The position numbers and the translations under genes are program-made. This document shows, piece by piece, positions 1 to 13,473 of a stretch of 64,000 bases of DNA. Origin of the DNA: Octopus sinensis (lineage: Eukaryota). Where the stretch lies: positions 40,734,001 to 40,798,000 of the forward strand of contig NC_042998.1 in the NCBI RefSeq assembly GCF_006345805.1, read 5' to 3'. Below the pieces are notes generated by a model. That model worked only from the letters and a program-made list of their open reading frames with translations. It was not told where the DNA came from and searched no databases. The stretch's first letter is position 1, and every line of letters starts with the position of its first letter.

Positions 1-1599
1 AAGAATTTTAATAAAATTGAGACTTTTTATATAGGATAAGATGATGCATTATTCCAATTTTCTAACATGTACAAGATCAGTAAAGGTAGTGGAAGTTTAC
101 AAAATATGAAAATTATTTATTCTAGCATATCTCAAATGTCTTAAGCGAAATATATCATCCCTTTTAGATGCATCATAATAAGCAACTATAGAGATAGTCA
201 ATGCATTATAAATTAGATGAAAATGGCTAAAATGCCATTATTTAATGGTACAGAGGAAATGGTGAATTTTCACGCTTTACAGTAAGTGAAATTGTTCTAT
301 TCTAGTGTGTGCAGATGTCCTTATATTAACAATTTCAGTCTTCTTGGGTACCTCAAATGAATAATTCTAATAAACTATAGTATTTCCAAAGTTGGTGGAA
401 CATCCAAAATTTCCTATTTCCACTAGGTGGAACCTGAATTTCACAAATTAAATTAGTTACTTTCTTTTTTAATTATGACAGGTACTGAAACTTTTATATG
501 AGCAATTTCAGTATATCTGAGAGCCATCAACTGTGTTATTCTAGAATAATTTTAAAGATATATGACATTTTATGAGTTGGATAATTTTTTTGCTAAGTAT
601 GCATATAGTGGAAATGGTATGTATTCATGTATTAACCATTACTGCAATGGTTAAATTTTTGCATACTAATGTGCAGATAGAGAATTAATTTGTTGAAATT
701 GGCTGAAATTGATATCATCAAGTTGTCAAAAAATATGTGTACTACATCATATGAAATTTGGAGAATTCTGGAAAGTACCTCACAATCAAAAACAGGTTAA
801 CTTGGTTCCTGCATCTCAGTGCATGCATAGAACTGAGTGTCCTTGGTTCTCATGCAGTAAAGTTTAAAGAAATTGCAATATCTTTTTATTTTAATAGATG
901 CCTAACCTCCTGAGAGATATATTACAGCATGCTTGGGTGAAATCAAGTGAATAATTCTAATAGAGTTTGATTATATGTTAGATGAGTTAAATTTCCAAAC
1001 TTTTAACAAGCATTAAACCAGAGACTTTTCACTAAGAATTATCTGTTCTAACAAATGCTGGTTCTCTTGAATGAGTAAAGTCAGGTAAGAATAATTTTAA
1101 AGAAATATGAGACTGTCTGAGTGAATGAAATGATCGAAATTTTATATTTCAGCCAGCTATATGGTGGAAATAATGCATTTTCACACATTAAACTTCCTGT
1201 AATTTATTTGCTCTATTGGGTTCAGAACCTCTTTTGTAAACCAATCCAACGTTTTAACAAAATAAGGCAGAGTTCCAAATTTCTAGCATTTATATGGAAG
1301 GAGATGATTGAGGAAAATAGTGTGAACAAAGAAGGGAGGATAATGAGTATAAGAAATAGAAGTAGTTCCAAGGTGGTGAGGAGGTTACTGCTAGTGCAAA
1401 GAAAAAAGGAGTAATATTTGCTGATATTGCCCTCAAGAGATTATGGCCACCAAGTAGTGCCATGGATAAAAGAATGATGGAGGGCAGGTTGTTAGGGGAA
1501 TGAGATGTGGGAAATGCTTGAAGGGCAGAATGAGTTATGATCATAAACAGAATGCTTTAAGGAAATCATTTTTACTTTGGTAGACAGGTCTTCTTGGGC

Positions 1600-2320
1600 A
1601 CAGTGAATTGCTAATCATCTCAGTGTTTTATCACTTCTTCCATAAGGCTCAGAATCTTCAGGTCAGCTTTCACTACTCTTTCTCATGTCTTCCTAGGACT
1701 CCCTCTTCTACAAATTCCATCCACTTTGAGCAATTGGCTCTTTTTTATGCAGCTGTCCTCATTTATGTGCATTACATGATCAACCCAGTGGAGATTTTTT
1801 CTTGCACACTACATCTAATTCCTCTTATGCTCAATTTTCAACATGACATTGCACATCCATTGAAACATATTAATTTCATTCCTCTCTAGTCTTCACATGT
1901 CCCCTACATTCAAGTGTCTATGTTTCACTGCCATGTAGCATAGCTGTTCATACACAGGCATCATACAATCTTTCACAGAGAGAGAAAGGGAGAAGAGAGA
2001 CCTTTGCCAATAGAGATAATAGCTCTCTGAACTTCCTCCATCCTATTCTTAGTCTAGCTGCTATATTTTCAGAGCATCCTCCTCCACCATTAATTCAGTC
2101 ACCTAGGTAGCCTAGGTGCAGTTTAGAAAATCTATCCCTCATTTGTCCTTGGTGTTCATTAAATATGAACTACAATTGTTCCATGTTTTCCTAGGGAGTA
2201 GAGTTCTGAATGTTATCCTGCTTACTAGTACTTAGGTCTTTACTAAATTAACTCTAAGGCTCTTTAATTTCAAGTTTTGCTCCCACACCTGGAATTTCTT
2301 TTCTAATTCAATTACATCCA
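1600..2320 (-). mobile_element. Decayed RTE-clade LINE fragment (C-terminal part of RT ORF)
   Basis: Reverse complement gives RIGWRKFRELLSLL and LYDACV*TAMLHGSET, matching the younger RTE copy at 31.98-32.11 kb; many stops and indels. Confidence 0.8.
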
Positions 2321-3100
2321 TTTTTCCATGCTAGCATAGATTAGATGAGTGTGTGTGCGCATGCACGCGCGTGCATATACAACTTTAATGCAATATTAAT
2401 GTAAGAGACGACTCAAAGCTTGTATATACTTTGATTGCACATTGTCATTAGCCTGTTTTAATACACACCGTTGCTTGCATACACTTATACATGACCATAT
2501 AACACCTCTTAACATAGAAGCCAATGAAAACAAACATTTAAAGATTTGAAATAGAATTGCTGAATTATAATTGATGTATTTTTAAAATAATAAATTATGA
2601 TTTCTTAATATTTAACATAACCGTTTTACTTATCCTACATTACCAGATAAGCTATACAATGATAAAACTTACAATTGTAATATGAATACATAACATCCAG
2701 CTGTGTGTGTGTGTTAGTGTGTGTGAGTGTGTGTATGCATATGTGTAAAGCTGTGTCTGTGTGTATACACACATATATAAAATTTTAAAGTAAGCGATAA
2801 ACAGTATTAAACAATAATTAGGTTTGTAAACAAGAATTTGAGATTTAAGATCTTTTATGGTATACAAAATGATATAGATTATATCTATTTGTATGTATAT
2901 TAATCCCCATGTTTCTGACATCTTCATCTCAATCTTTATTATTTAGAGTTTCATTTCAAAATTTTTTATCGTCTTTTCTCATTGCTCTTTATTCATTCTG
3001 TTATTTCATTTCATTCTCATATTTCCATTTCCTTCTTAACTTGTCTCACCACCATGTATCTGTCCCACTCTCTTGCTTATTCTTTTTCTTACTCTCTTCT

Positions 3101-3321
3101 CTCTCTCTTTCTCTTTCTATCTCTCTCTTACACTTTCTCTCTTTCACTATCTCTTTCTCCATGTCTCTCTTTACCTACCTGTCTACATACCCACCTTTCT
3201 ACCTACCTGCCTATTTACCAACCTACCTGCCTATTTACCAACCTACCTGCCTATCTATTTGTTTATCTATGTCTCTTTCTCTTCTTATCTATTTCTCTTT
3301 ATCTCTCTCTCTGTTTCACTG

Positions 3322-3399
<78 letters not shown>

Positions 3400-3751
3400 C
3401 ATCTACCCGTCTGTCTGTCTATCTATCTATCCATCTACCCATCTGTCTGTCTGTCTATCTATCTATCCATCTACCCATCTGTCTGTCTGTCTATCTATCT
3501 ATCTATTCATCTATGTCTCACTCTCTCTCTCTCTCTCTTTCTCTTTCTATCTCTCTCTTACACTTTCTCTCTTTCACTATCTCTTTCTCCATGTCTCTCT
3601 TTACCTACCTGTCTACATACCCACCTTTCTACCTACCTGCCTATTTACCAACCTACCTGCCTATTTACCAACCTACCTGCCTATCTATTTGTTTATCTAT
3701 GTCTCTTTCTCTTCTTATCTATTTCTCTTTATCTCTCTCTCTGTTTCACTG

Positions 3752-3798
<47 letters not shown>

Positions 3799-3943
3799 GT
3801 CTGTCTGTCTGTCTATCTATCTATCCATCTACCCGTCTGTCTGTCTATCTATCTATCCATCTACCCATCTGTCTGTCTGTCTATCTATCTATCCATCTAC
3901 CCATCTGTCTGTCTGTCTATCTATCTATCTATTCATCTATGTC

Positions 3944-3950
<7 letters not shown>
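3101..3950. repeat. Two near-identical ~430-bp tandem copies of a compound (CT)/(TACC)/(TATC)/(TGTC) microsatellite unit
   Basis: The unit start recurs at an offset of 430 (3111 vs 3541) and the end at an offset of 426. This explains the long low-complexity ORFs at 2909-4341. Confidence 0.9.
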
Positions 3951-3989
<39 letters not shown>

Positions 3990-5432
3990 CTATGTTTCTC
4001 TAATATTTCCTTCATCTTCTACCATACAACTTTTTCTCATTTTCTCAACAACTCCTTTTTCTTCTTTAGCTTTAATTTTGTTATTATTGTTGCTATTGTT
4101 GTTCTCTCAGCCTTTTCCATTCTCCTCCTTCACATCCGTTTCCTTCATTTCTCACTCTCCAATTATTGTATCTGTTTCATCCCCTATCGTATTTTCATTT
4201 AAACATTCCTTTCTCCCTCTACTACCACCACCACCACCACCACCACCAATACCACCACCGCCACCACTACTAGTGACATGCACTGATTTCCAAGTCACCT
4301 GTTTTATAAGATGCCATCTTTACAGTGTCTTCTCATTGTGAATCTGATGTAGCTGCAATATCACACACTAGAAATTATTCATATACCGTTATATTAATAA
4401 ATAAATAAATAAATAACTAAATAAATAAAACTTTTGGAAATTACAAGTTTTAAGTTTTTTCTTTTTTTTTTTAGTAACCTTCTTGTTATCTTGTATTGTT
4501 CAATTCCATGTAGTTGTATCAAACATCATATGATGCACACATGCAAACTAAATTTGGGTTTGTTAGTGTTCATTGTTATTTTTGTTTATGAAAAGTCTGT
4601 TTTTTTTATATATATATTGTTATTGTTGTTATGAATGTTGTTGATTTTTATTACGGCAATGAAAGTATTTTAACAATGATTCATGAATTCTATTTGAAAT
4701 TAAAGAAAGAGAAAATGTTTACAAAAATAACAACCAATAAAAGAGCATCAATATTAACAACCAGCAACACCAACAACATTGAAATAATAAATAGTATGTT
4801 CTAGTAAGAAGCCTTCCTTAGGGCTATAAAGATAATTTGTATTTACAGTAAAGATAGTTTTGATAGTTATGGAGAAGGTAGTGCTAGTTGTGATGGGGCT
4901 GATAGAGTGTTGATATTGTGATAATGTGGGTGTTGGTGTTCTGAGTGTGATAGTTGTATTGTAAAGATGAGAGTGATAAGTTGAGGTGCTAGTAGTTTTT
5001 GAGCTTTGTATAGAGTGTGAACAGAAACAGGTATAGGGGTGGGAGAGCTAGGTATAATTGTAGTAATTAGGTTAGTCACAATGATAGTGATAGTAATGTT
5101 GGTAGTGATAATGATAGTGACATGGATGATTTTAGAGATGGGGATGATGGTAAAATTGCACAAAAATGAAGCTAGATTTTCTTATTTCTATAAAATTATC
5201 AATGTCTAAAGAAACTGACTATTTTACCTGTATAAAATATTCATTTATCTAGATATTATATGTCTGTTCTTATGCTTGACAATAACTTTCTGTCCACCCA
5301 TTCTCAGGTTATTTTCTGATGTTTAAATTCTACATATGTGTATGTTACTAAACTGGATTTTTAACTGAAAATTCTAATTTTACAACTATGGTGTTGTGTG
5401 TGCCTCAGTGATTATGAGTTGTGACATAATCA

Positions 5433-5561
5433 CTGTCATGGAGCATAGCTGTTCATACACTGGCATCATACAATTTAATTTTCAGTCAAAAAGAGAGAGA
5501 GAGAGAGACTTTTGTGAATAGAGATAATAGCTCTGTGAACTTCCTCCACCCTATTCTTATA
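5433..5561 (-). mobile_element. Short internal RTE RT fragment
   Basis: Reverse complement gives RIGWRKFTELLSL and LYDASV*TAMLH, the same segment as in the other RTE copies. Confidence 0.7.
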
Positions 5562-5790
5562 ATTTAAAAACCATGGCATTGTGCCTCAGTGGTTATGAAC
5601 TGTGATAAATGTGATAGGTAGTCATTAACACTTCAGCACCTTAACATCATGCTTCTATGTAAATATTCACATTTCAAAAAATTGTGCTATTCATGATAGT
5701 ATGGAAAATCTGGCATGAAAGATGCTTGCATTAGAACTAAAAATGTTCTACTCTTGGATGTATAACTCAGCTTGTCTGTCTACTTGGTAA

Positions 5791-5837
<47 letters not shown>

Positions 5838-6936
5838 ATGTGTCTTCCATTTTATGATTGTGAAGTTTGTGGTAAGAAGTGCATCCAAAGTAGGAAAAAA
5901 TTTCATTTCAACAAAATGAAAATGTTTAAATTTGCAAAACTTCTCATTCAAGAAAAAAAAAGACTGTAAAAAGAGGGAAAATACAATATAGTTGAGAGAA
6001 ATGCAATGACATCAAAACAACTGGAAATGAATGAAAACTATTTCAAATATTAACAAATTTTAATCTTGGCAATTAAGATTAAATTTATTCAAGTATATTT
6101 TCATAGATTAATTTATATGAGGGTGGTATTATATTTTGTGAAGAATACATATTCATCATTTTGAAAAACAAGCAAAAACAATAAGAAAAAAATTAATAGC
6201 ATGTTTTTAATTTGGTGAAATTTAGTTTGCATCAATTTTGCTTCAATTTCCCTATAGAGATTAGAATGTGAGTTTCTCTAAATAAAAAGTATATTTCATT
6301 CCAATGCATTAATGTCTACAAAAGGACAAAAAATACTTTTGTTAGTTTGTGACCTGTTTTGACCACATGAAGTCTGAGTTGAATAATTTGATGCCATAAT
6401 AATGCTACTAAATCACAAAGGAAAAAGATATTAGTTAAATTACACCAGCAGTAATTGTTCAAAATATCAGCAAGTTAATTATATTCTAAAAAATTAAATG
6501 AAGCACTTAAAAAAAAAAATCACCTTAATACTGAGTGCATTCACATGTTTGAAAATAATACAAAAAAATTTATGCTTTTTCTTCTCTTGTTTACCAACTG
6601 AAACCTGGGCTGATATAAAAATTTCAACAAAAGGTTTTGCAGAATAGAATAAAAATGAACAATTGACACTAAATGGTAGTCTTATCTTCATCATTATTAA
6701 TGCACTTATTTATGTAACAGAATATTTACCCCATAAAATTGAAAAACTTAGTAAACTGAAAGAATGAACAAAGACAATTGACCTGAATTCCATAAGTTTA
6801 GTGTACCAGCTGAATTGTAAACTATATAAAACATAAAGGAATTTGGATCTACTGGCTCAATGTCGTCTGAATTCCAGCATAGGAATTTTATTAATTATTT
6901 ACAAAAAACAAATTTCATTCCATTGGAAATACCACA

Positions 6937-6946
<10 letters not shown>

Positions 6947-6988
<42 letters not shown>

Positions 6989-7075
6989 TAATAATAATAA
7001 TAATAATATAATAATAATAATAATAACAATAATGATGATGATGATGATGATAATGATGATGATGATGATGATGAC
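6947..7075. repeat. (ATA)n/(ATG)n microsatellite
   Basis: Directly visible; source of the poly-I/poly-Y ORFs. Confidence 0.95.
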
Positions 7076-7350
7076 ATATAAAGTCACAAGGATGTAACTG
7101 TAGAGGTGAGGTAAGATTTCATCAAACCAGGACCATTACTCAGTTTCAATTACCCAGGTGTACCTATTTTCCCTATACCCTTAAGTCAACAAGTTAATGA
7201 CCCAGTATATGATACCATTAGATGTAACTACCAATATTAGAGTATTTTAAATAACTGGTTATTTTCTATTTTATTATGAACATATACTCCAGCATTACCA
7301 CAGTCCAATAATTGAAACAAGTAAAAGAATATGCACATTAAATGAAGTTC

Positions 7351-7515
7351 TTAACCTTGTGACATTCATTCAGATTACATACTTATTCACACTGTTTTGA
7401 ATTAATCATACATTATCTCATAGATTCAAGATTTTAAAGATGTGATTGTTTAGAATGACATTATAGGGTAGGTGGGAGAAGCTGGATATGGCCTGTTTAA
7501 ATGCGAAAGTGTTAA
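7351..7515. mobile_element. Degenerate piggyBac-type MITE
   Basis: Bounded by TTAA at 7351-7354 and 7512-7515, with CCTT...AAAGTG ends resembling CCCTTT...AAAGGG TIRs; non-coding. Confidence 0.5.
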
Positions 7516-7859
7516 ATAAAACATGCTTGCCATTTCTATCTACAAAACAGTTTTAGTGTACTACATAGATAATGTTATTAAAACCATATGACTCAGTCAT
7601 ACTAGATGCCTGTTTTAAAATTGGACTATCTACTATGTTCTTTATTGCACATGACTTCAATTTACTCAGCTAAATGAATTACTGTTGCTGACTTACCAAA
7701 TTTGCTTACTTACTATTAGGGATTTATCTAATTATCCCAAATTAATAACTACTTAACTACTTTGGCACAGGTAAGGCTATGTAATTGGGAAAGTGGGAAA
7801 GTGTCTTCTACTATAGCCCTGGAGCAGACCAAAACCTTGTGAGTGGATTAGGCTGATGA

Positions 7860-8992
7860 AAGGGAAAAAAACTAGAAGTAGTTGATAGCTTCCAAATCAG
7901 TACCAGGGGTGGATGCTATGTGAGTGTAGCTGTTAGAATAAGAATAGGCTGGGCAAAGTTCAGAGGGCTCCTACCTCTGCTAGTAATAAAGAGCCTCTCA
8001 CTCAGAGTGAAAGGTAGACTGTATAATGCCTGTGTGTGAACAGCAATGCTACATGGCAGTTAAACATCGGCTGTGACTGCTGAGGAAATGTGTAGGCTTG
8101 AAAGAAATGAAGCTAGTATGCTTTGCTAGATGTGTAATGTCAGTGTGCATACATGACAGAATGTAAGCACCCTGAGAGAAATGTTGGACATAAAAAGCAT
8201 CAGAAGTGGTGTGAAAGAGAGACAACAGTGCTGGTATGGTCATGTGATGTGTATGGATAAGGACAGCTGTGTGAAGAAATGTCACACCCTAACAGTGGAG
8301 GGAACCTGTTGAAGAGGTTGATATGGGATGAGGTGGTGAAGCATGACCTTCGAATGTTGGGCCTCACAGAGGCAATGACCAGCAACCTTTGGAGATATGC
8401 CATGCTTGAGAAGACCTGGCAAGTCTAGTGAGATCGTTGTTGTGACTGATGCCAATGTCATATTACTGACTTGTTTAAAAGCACCCTTCAATTGCTAGGT
8501 GATATGGTGTGCTTGTGAAGACCTGTTCAACCAAGTGAAATCATAGTTGTGACATGTAAAAAACACCATTTGAGTGTGGCTAAGGTGCTGCCGGACTGGT
8601 ACCTATGCCAGTGACACATGAAAAGTTTCATTCGAGTGTGGATGATGCCACTGCCACTTGACTGGTACTCATGCTAGTGACATGTAAAAAGCACCATTTG
8701 AGCATGGCCAGTGCCAGTGCCACCTGACTGGCACCTGTGCTAGAAGCACATAAAAAGAACCATTTGAGCATGGCTAATGCTAGTACTGCTTGACTGGCTC
8801 CCATGCCAGTGGCACATAAAAAGCACCCACTACACTCATGGCGTGGTTGGTGTTAGGAAGGGCATCCAGCTGTAGGAATCTTGTCAAATCAGACTGGAAC
8901 CTAGTGCAGCCTCCCGGTTTACCAGTTTTCAGTCAAACCATCCAACCCATGCCAGCTTGGAAAGTGAATGTTAAACAACGATGATACTGATG

Positions 8993-8995
<3 letters not shown>
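7860..8995 (+). mobile_element. 5'-truncated decayed RTE LINE with modular 3' UTR and GAT tail
   Basis: KLEVVDSF, RIGWAKFRGLLPLL and WYGHV motifs colinear with 31.9-32.5 kb; then ~60-bp modules, the GGAAGGGCATCCAGCTGTAG motif and a GAT tail. Confidence 0.9.
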
Positions 8996-9080
<85 letters not shown>

Positions 9081-9145
9081 ATATATATGTACACACACGC
9101 ATGTATGTATAAGTGTGTAAATATGTATGTGTGTATATGCATGTA

Positions 9146-9410
9146 ATAAGCACCATTCAAGCGTGGGTCAATGCCAGTGCCACCTGACTGGCTCCCTGTG
9201 TCAGTAACATGTTAAAAGTACCATCTGAACATGGTCAATACCAGGGCCACCTGACTGGCTCCTGGGCTGGTAGCACGTAAAAAGCACCCACAACATTCTC
9301 GGAGTGATTGGCATTAGGAAGGGCATCCAGCTGTAGAAACCTTGCTAGATCAGAGTCAAACTCATGCCACCATGGAAAGCAGACATTAAATGATGATGAT
9401 GAAGATGATA
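9146..9410 (+). mobile_element. RTE 3' UTR/tail fragment
   Basis: Two UTR modules, GGCATTAGGAAGGGCATCCAGCTGTAGAAAC and a (GAT)n tail. Confidence 0.8.
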
Positions 9411-9423
9411 TATTCTTTTTTTC

Positions 9424-9828
9424 TTCAACTTGTTTCAGTCATTTGATTGCAGCCATGCTGGAGCACCACCTTAAATGGTTTTTAGTCGAACTAATTGACC
9501 CAAGGATTTATTCTTTGTAGGCCTAGTACTTATTCTGTTAGTCTCTTTTGCTGAAATGCTAAGTTACAGGGATGTAAACATATCAATATTGGTTGTCAAG
9601 TGATACTCGGGGTGACAAACATGGACACAAAGACACACATATATAAATACATACATACATATATATATATACAACAGGTTTCTTTTAGTTTCCGCCTACC
9701 AAATCCACTCAAAAAGCTTTGGTCAGCCTGAAGCTATAGCAGAAGACACTTGCCTAAGGTGCCATACAGTGGGACTGAACCCAGAACCATGTGGTTGAGA
9801 AGTAAGTTTCTTACAGCACAGCCATGAA
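9424..9828 (-). mobile_element. tRNA-derived CORE-type SINE (family A)
   Basis: Colinear with 61516-61933: B-box-like GGTTCAGTCCC, the CCTTGGGCAAGTGTCTT-type core, an internal microsatellite and the 3' body. Confidence 0.85.
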
Positions 9829-10389
9829 CTTGTGTCTCCAAGCAATCCCTAGGTTTGGAGCAAATTCAGTTTGCAAACCAGGATACTGATACAAGAAGCA
9901 ACAGGATATGAAACAAATTTGAGATGGCTTCTGGCTGATAGCCCTCTACTGGCCAACTCATGTGGAGTTATTGATCTGGAAGTGATATCAGTTATTTTCT
10001 TTGTTGTTTTGGCTTATGTGATTGGACAGGATGTTGGTGAGTTGTCACTACTATGCTTGGAAGCTGTCATATGGTTTAATGTGTAAATAATGTAGCATTG
10101 AAGTGAATGATTACTCAATACTTTGTGGTAGAGTACATATTTATTAACTTTTATAAGTAACAGAGTGACATTGACTTCAAAGTGTCAGCTTGCATCCCAT
10201 CATCAGTCTGAAGATGTTGGGCAAGATGAAAATTTGAAGTTATTGTCATTTAACTTCTAAAAGTTAACACACATACACACACACACCAGATAAGTATTCA
10301 GATGTTAAATAAGTTAAGTATGTTTAAACATTAGAAAACTTTAGTGTACACAAATTTAGTGACATTTTACAATATTATCGTTGTGTTAC

Positions 10390-11115
10390 AATATTTTCCC
10401 TATGCCTCCAATTCCCTATGTAGTTCTTCGCCTATACATAAATAGATCAGATGGGAAGAGCAAATCTATTTTACTTAATGATTAACATTGAAATTTATTG
10501 ATTGTCATTGCAAAAGCCACTCATACTGGAAACCGAAAACATGTATGGTTGATTGGCCGAGTGATGTCAAGTGACTCAGTTTAATTCTTGGCATAATGAC
10601 TAACAATATCACTTTCTATTATGTGTTCATTTAAATAATGAGTTACAGGAATTCATGTTTCATTATAAAGCCCATTAACCTTAGTGAGTTAAATTTCACA
10701 ATAGCTTACAACATGTGCTCCTTTCTTTGACCATTTTCAAGGTCAATGCATGGAGCACTCTCCAATAAGTTATAGCCGTTTAGGAACTCCAATGGATAAT
10801 TGCTCAAATTGTGTTCATCATTGCAGGAATTAATGCATTTGTAAATGACCGTTCCTACATCCAATATGTTGATAATTTCTTCTTTTATAGAATCAGCAAT
10901 AACGAGTTAGATCCCTAATGAAAGAAGATGATAACACACCATAGCTATCAATAAGGCCATTTGGGTTATCACTTTGCATTTGACCCATGAAACATTGACA
11001 ACATTCAGCTCTTAGTTCCCATTGATTCTTTTGATTCCATTGATGCTGCCCTTTTTCAACTTTGTATAAGCTATGATCAAAACACCCATGTAATAATCTT
11101 CCTCCCACTCGAAAC
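10390..11115 (-). pseudogene. Helitron-type Pif1 helicase C-terminal remnant
   Basis: Minus-strand translation across frameshifts: IYKCINSCNDEHNLSNYPLEFLN, HALTLK, LL*NL, GLYNET*I, HIIESDI, MPRIKL and FPV*VAFAMTINKFQC*SL (10494-10532). These match the Helitron/Pif1 motifs NYPxEFLN, LLRNL, GLCNGTR and FPVRLAFAMTINKSQGQ. Confidence 0.85.
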
Positions 11116-11454
11116 ACTTCAAAATTATTGATTTAATGCATCTTCTTATATGCATTATGGTCTAACTACATTATTTCTTTATTTATTTGTTTCTTTGTTT
11201 TGTTATTATTCATGCCCTTGAAAATTATGCCCCAACCTTTCTTTACTCACCTTAGAAATCAAAGAAAAAACAAGCAAAGTGTAACAGCTCATAATCCTGA
11301 TTCAGCTGATTAAATTGCTGTAAATATTTATCATGTTTATGTACAACAAAACCATAATATACACTAGTGTTTCCTCCTTTTCTCATTAAAACAGCATCTG
11401 TTAGAAACAGAAAGATCAGAACTTCTCATCTCATAGAATATGAAGATAGGTACA

Positions 11455-11600
11455 TGCATGGCTATTGGCACAGTTGTGGCTTGTTTCCAAGCCATATGGT
11501 CTTGGGTTCAGTCCCACTATGAAGTATCTTGAGCAAGTGCCTTCTACTATAGCCCCAGACTGACCAAAGCTTTGTGAATGGATTTGATAGATGGAATACA
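11455..11600 (+). mobile_element. SINE family A 5' half
   Basis: GGGTTCAGTCCC B-box-like motif followed by the degenerate core TTGAGCAAGTGCCTTCTACTATAGCC. Confidence 0.7.
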
Positions 11601-11607
11601 CACACAC

Positions 11608-11643
<36 letters not shown>

Positions 11644-11649
11644 TATATA

Positions 11650-11683
<34 letters not shown>

Positions 11684-11859
11684 TTATTATTATTGAGTGA
11701 GAGAGCAGTACATGCCATCATGACTACCCATCTGATAAGGGTACACTAGGCACATGCATCACAACCATATGTGTGCGACATGGTGATCTCTATTATTATT
11801 ATTATTATAATTATTATTATTATTATTATTATCATTATTATTATTACTGTTTTTCTTTT

Positions 11860-12400
11860 TAACTCAGATTTTGTTGGAACTCATTGAGTCTTGCACGCAT
11901 AGCGGGCTTGCTACCTGCAGTCTGTGGCACCATGTTATCTGTTCTTTTCAACTATCTAGTACTTTCCCAATGAAATTGGCTATGCCAAAAAAAAAAAAAA
12001 GAGAACCTTTTGTAACAGCTCAACTGGGTACCCTATTCCAATTTCCTTTATATTCTTCTTAATGCCTTCTGTTACTGTCCCCCAGGACCTGACAGTAATT
12101 GGCACTATCTTCACATTCATTTTCCATACTCAAGCTATCTCATATTTTTATATCAGGAGTACCAGAGAAACCACACCATCATGGAAAATTGTCCATTGCT
12201 CACCACATTCTATTGACCAGGCCCTCCTGTCTCTTTGATGTAACAGATACTCATCATTGCTACTGGAATTGGAATCACCCAATCTACTGGGCAAGTAATC
12301 ACTCTCAGGGTCTGAGTAATCCTAATCAAAATCAACTATTGAGGACTCCTCACATGATGTTGAAGTGGAGGTGCTTCGCGTAGGTGGATGTGACAACAAA
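11860..12400 (-). pseudogene. piggyBac-like transposase N-terminal remnant
   Basis: Minus-strand acidic tract EESSIVDFD*DYSDPESDYLPS, then FSGTPDIK, FFGIANFIGKV and W...SP...MSSNK. These resemble piggyBac FxGxPG, FxGL..MG and YWS...P...MSRNRF. Confidence 0.5.
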
Positions 12401-13024
12401 CAAAAATGAGGACTGTAAATTCAACAAAGCTGGTGTACATAGATGCAACAAACTTGGTCTCAAAGCTGGTGTAGCTGGATATGAGGACTAAGGCAAGAAC
12501 CATAAACTTAACAAAATTAGTGTTGTCAGATGTGACGGTGACGGTGAAGGTAAATTTTGTGAAATACCAGAAAAATTTGCTGAACATGTACGAATTTGAT
12601 AAGAAACTATAGTGGAAATTGTGGTGTAATCACCAAAACTGCAGCTTTTATTCTATTATGGTGATGAAGTCTTGAGCAGTGTTGGAAAACCTATCAGATT
12701 CCTTGAAATTTGCATTATTGCCTCTATTATTGATGCCATGAGTGATAGCTGATATTTATGTCAGCCGATACACAAACAAGTACAAAATCACAGCAGATAC
12801 AGCCATGTATATTTATGATTCAAAGCAAGTACACAGTGCATGTAAATTTATGTCAACATGAGGTTAATTGTTAGTCCAGTTGGTAGGTTTATGCCATCTC
12901 TATTTCAAGCTAATGATGGAACTTCTACAAGGTCACTCAATCTGTTAGAAATGACAGCCAAATCTCCCTCAAATCATATCTTGCCATTAAAAAGATAGAT
13001 CAGATAATGTGGTCCTGAAATCCC

Positions 13025-13473
13025 TACTCTTTACTCTTTACTTGTTTCAGTTATGTGACTGTGGCCATGCTGGAGCACTGCCTTTAATCGAGCACATCGA
13101 CCCCAGGACTTATTCTTTGTAAGCCTAGTACTTATTCTATCGGTCTCTTTTGCCGAACCCCTAAGTTACGGGGATGTAAACACACCAGCAGCGGTTGTCA
13201 AACGATGTTGGGGGACAAACTCAGACACACAAACATATACACACACATACATAAATACATACATACATACATACATATATATATATATATACACATACAC
13301 ACACTTTCAAGGGGCTTCTTTCAGTTTTCGTCTACCAAATCCACTCACAAGGCTTTGGTTGGCCCGGCGCTATAGTAGAAGACACTCGCCCAAGGTGCCA
13401 TACAGTGGGACTGAACCCAGAACCATGTAGTTCATAAGCAAGCTACTTACCACGCAGCCACTCCTACGCCTAT
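13025..13473 (-). mobile_element. Full-length SINE family A
   Basis: Head with A-box-like TGGCTGCGTGG and GGTTCAGTCCC, core, internal (TA)/(TACA) tract, TAAAGAG-type tail. Confidence 0.92.

Noticed and set aside
897-950. Candidate 49-nt exon MPNLLRDILQHAWVKS (kinase-like HxW)
   Set aside because: It has a stop-containing homologous copy at ~312-360 within an old duplication, and no partner exons were found.
2909-4341. Three 364-422-aa ORFs
   Set aside because: Stop-free only because they translate a pyrimidine-rich compound microsatellite duplication; low-complexity S/L/Y/I sequence.
4860-5160. C-poor G/T-skewed tract with a minus-strand ORF
   Set aside because: Consistent with decayed GAT/GGT/AGT simple repeats; low-complexity translation.
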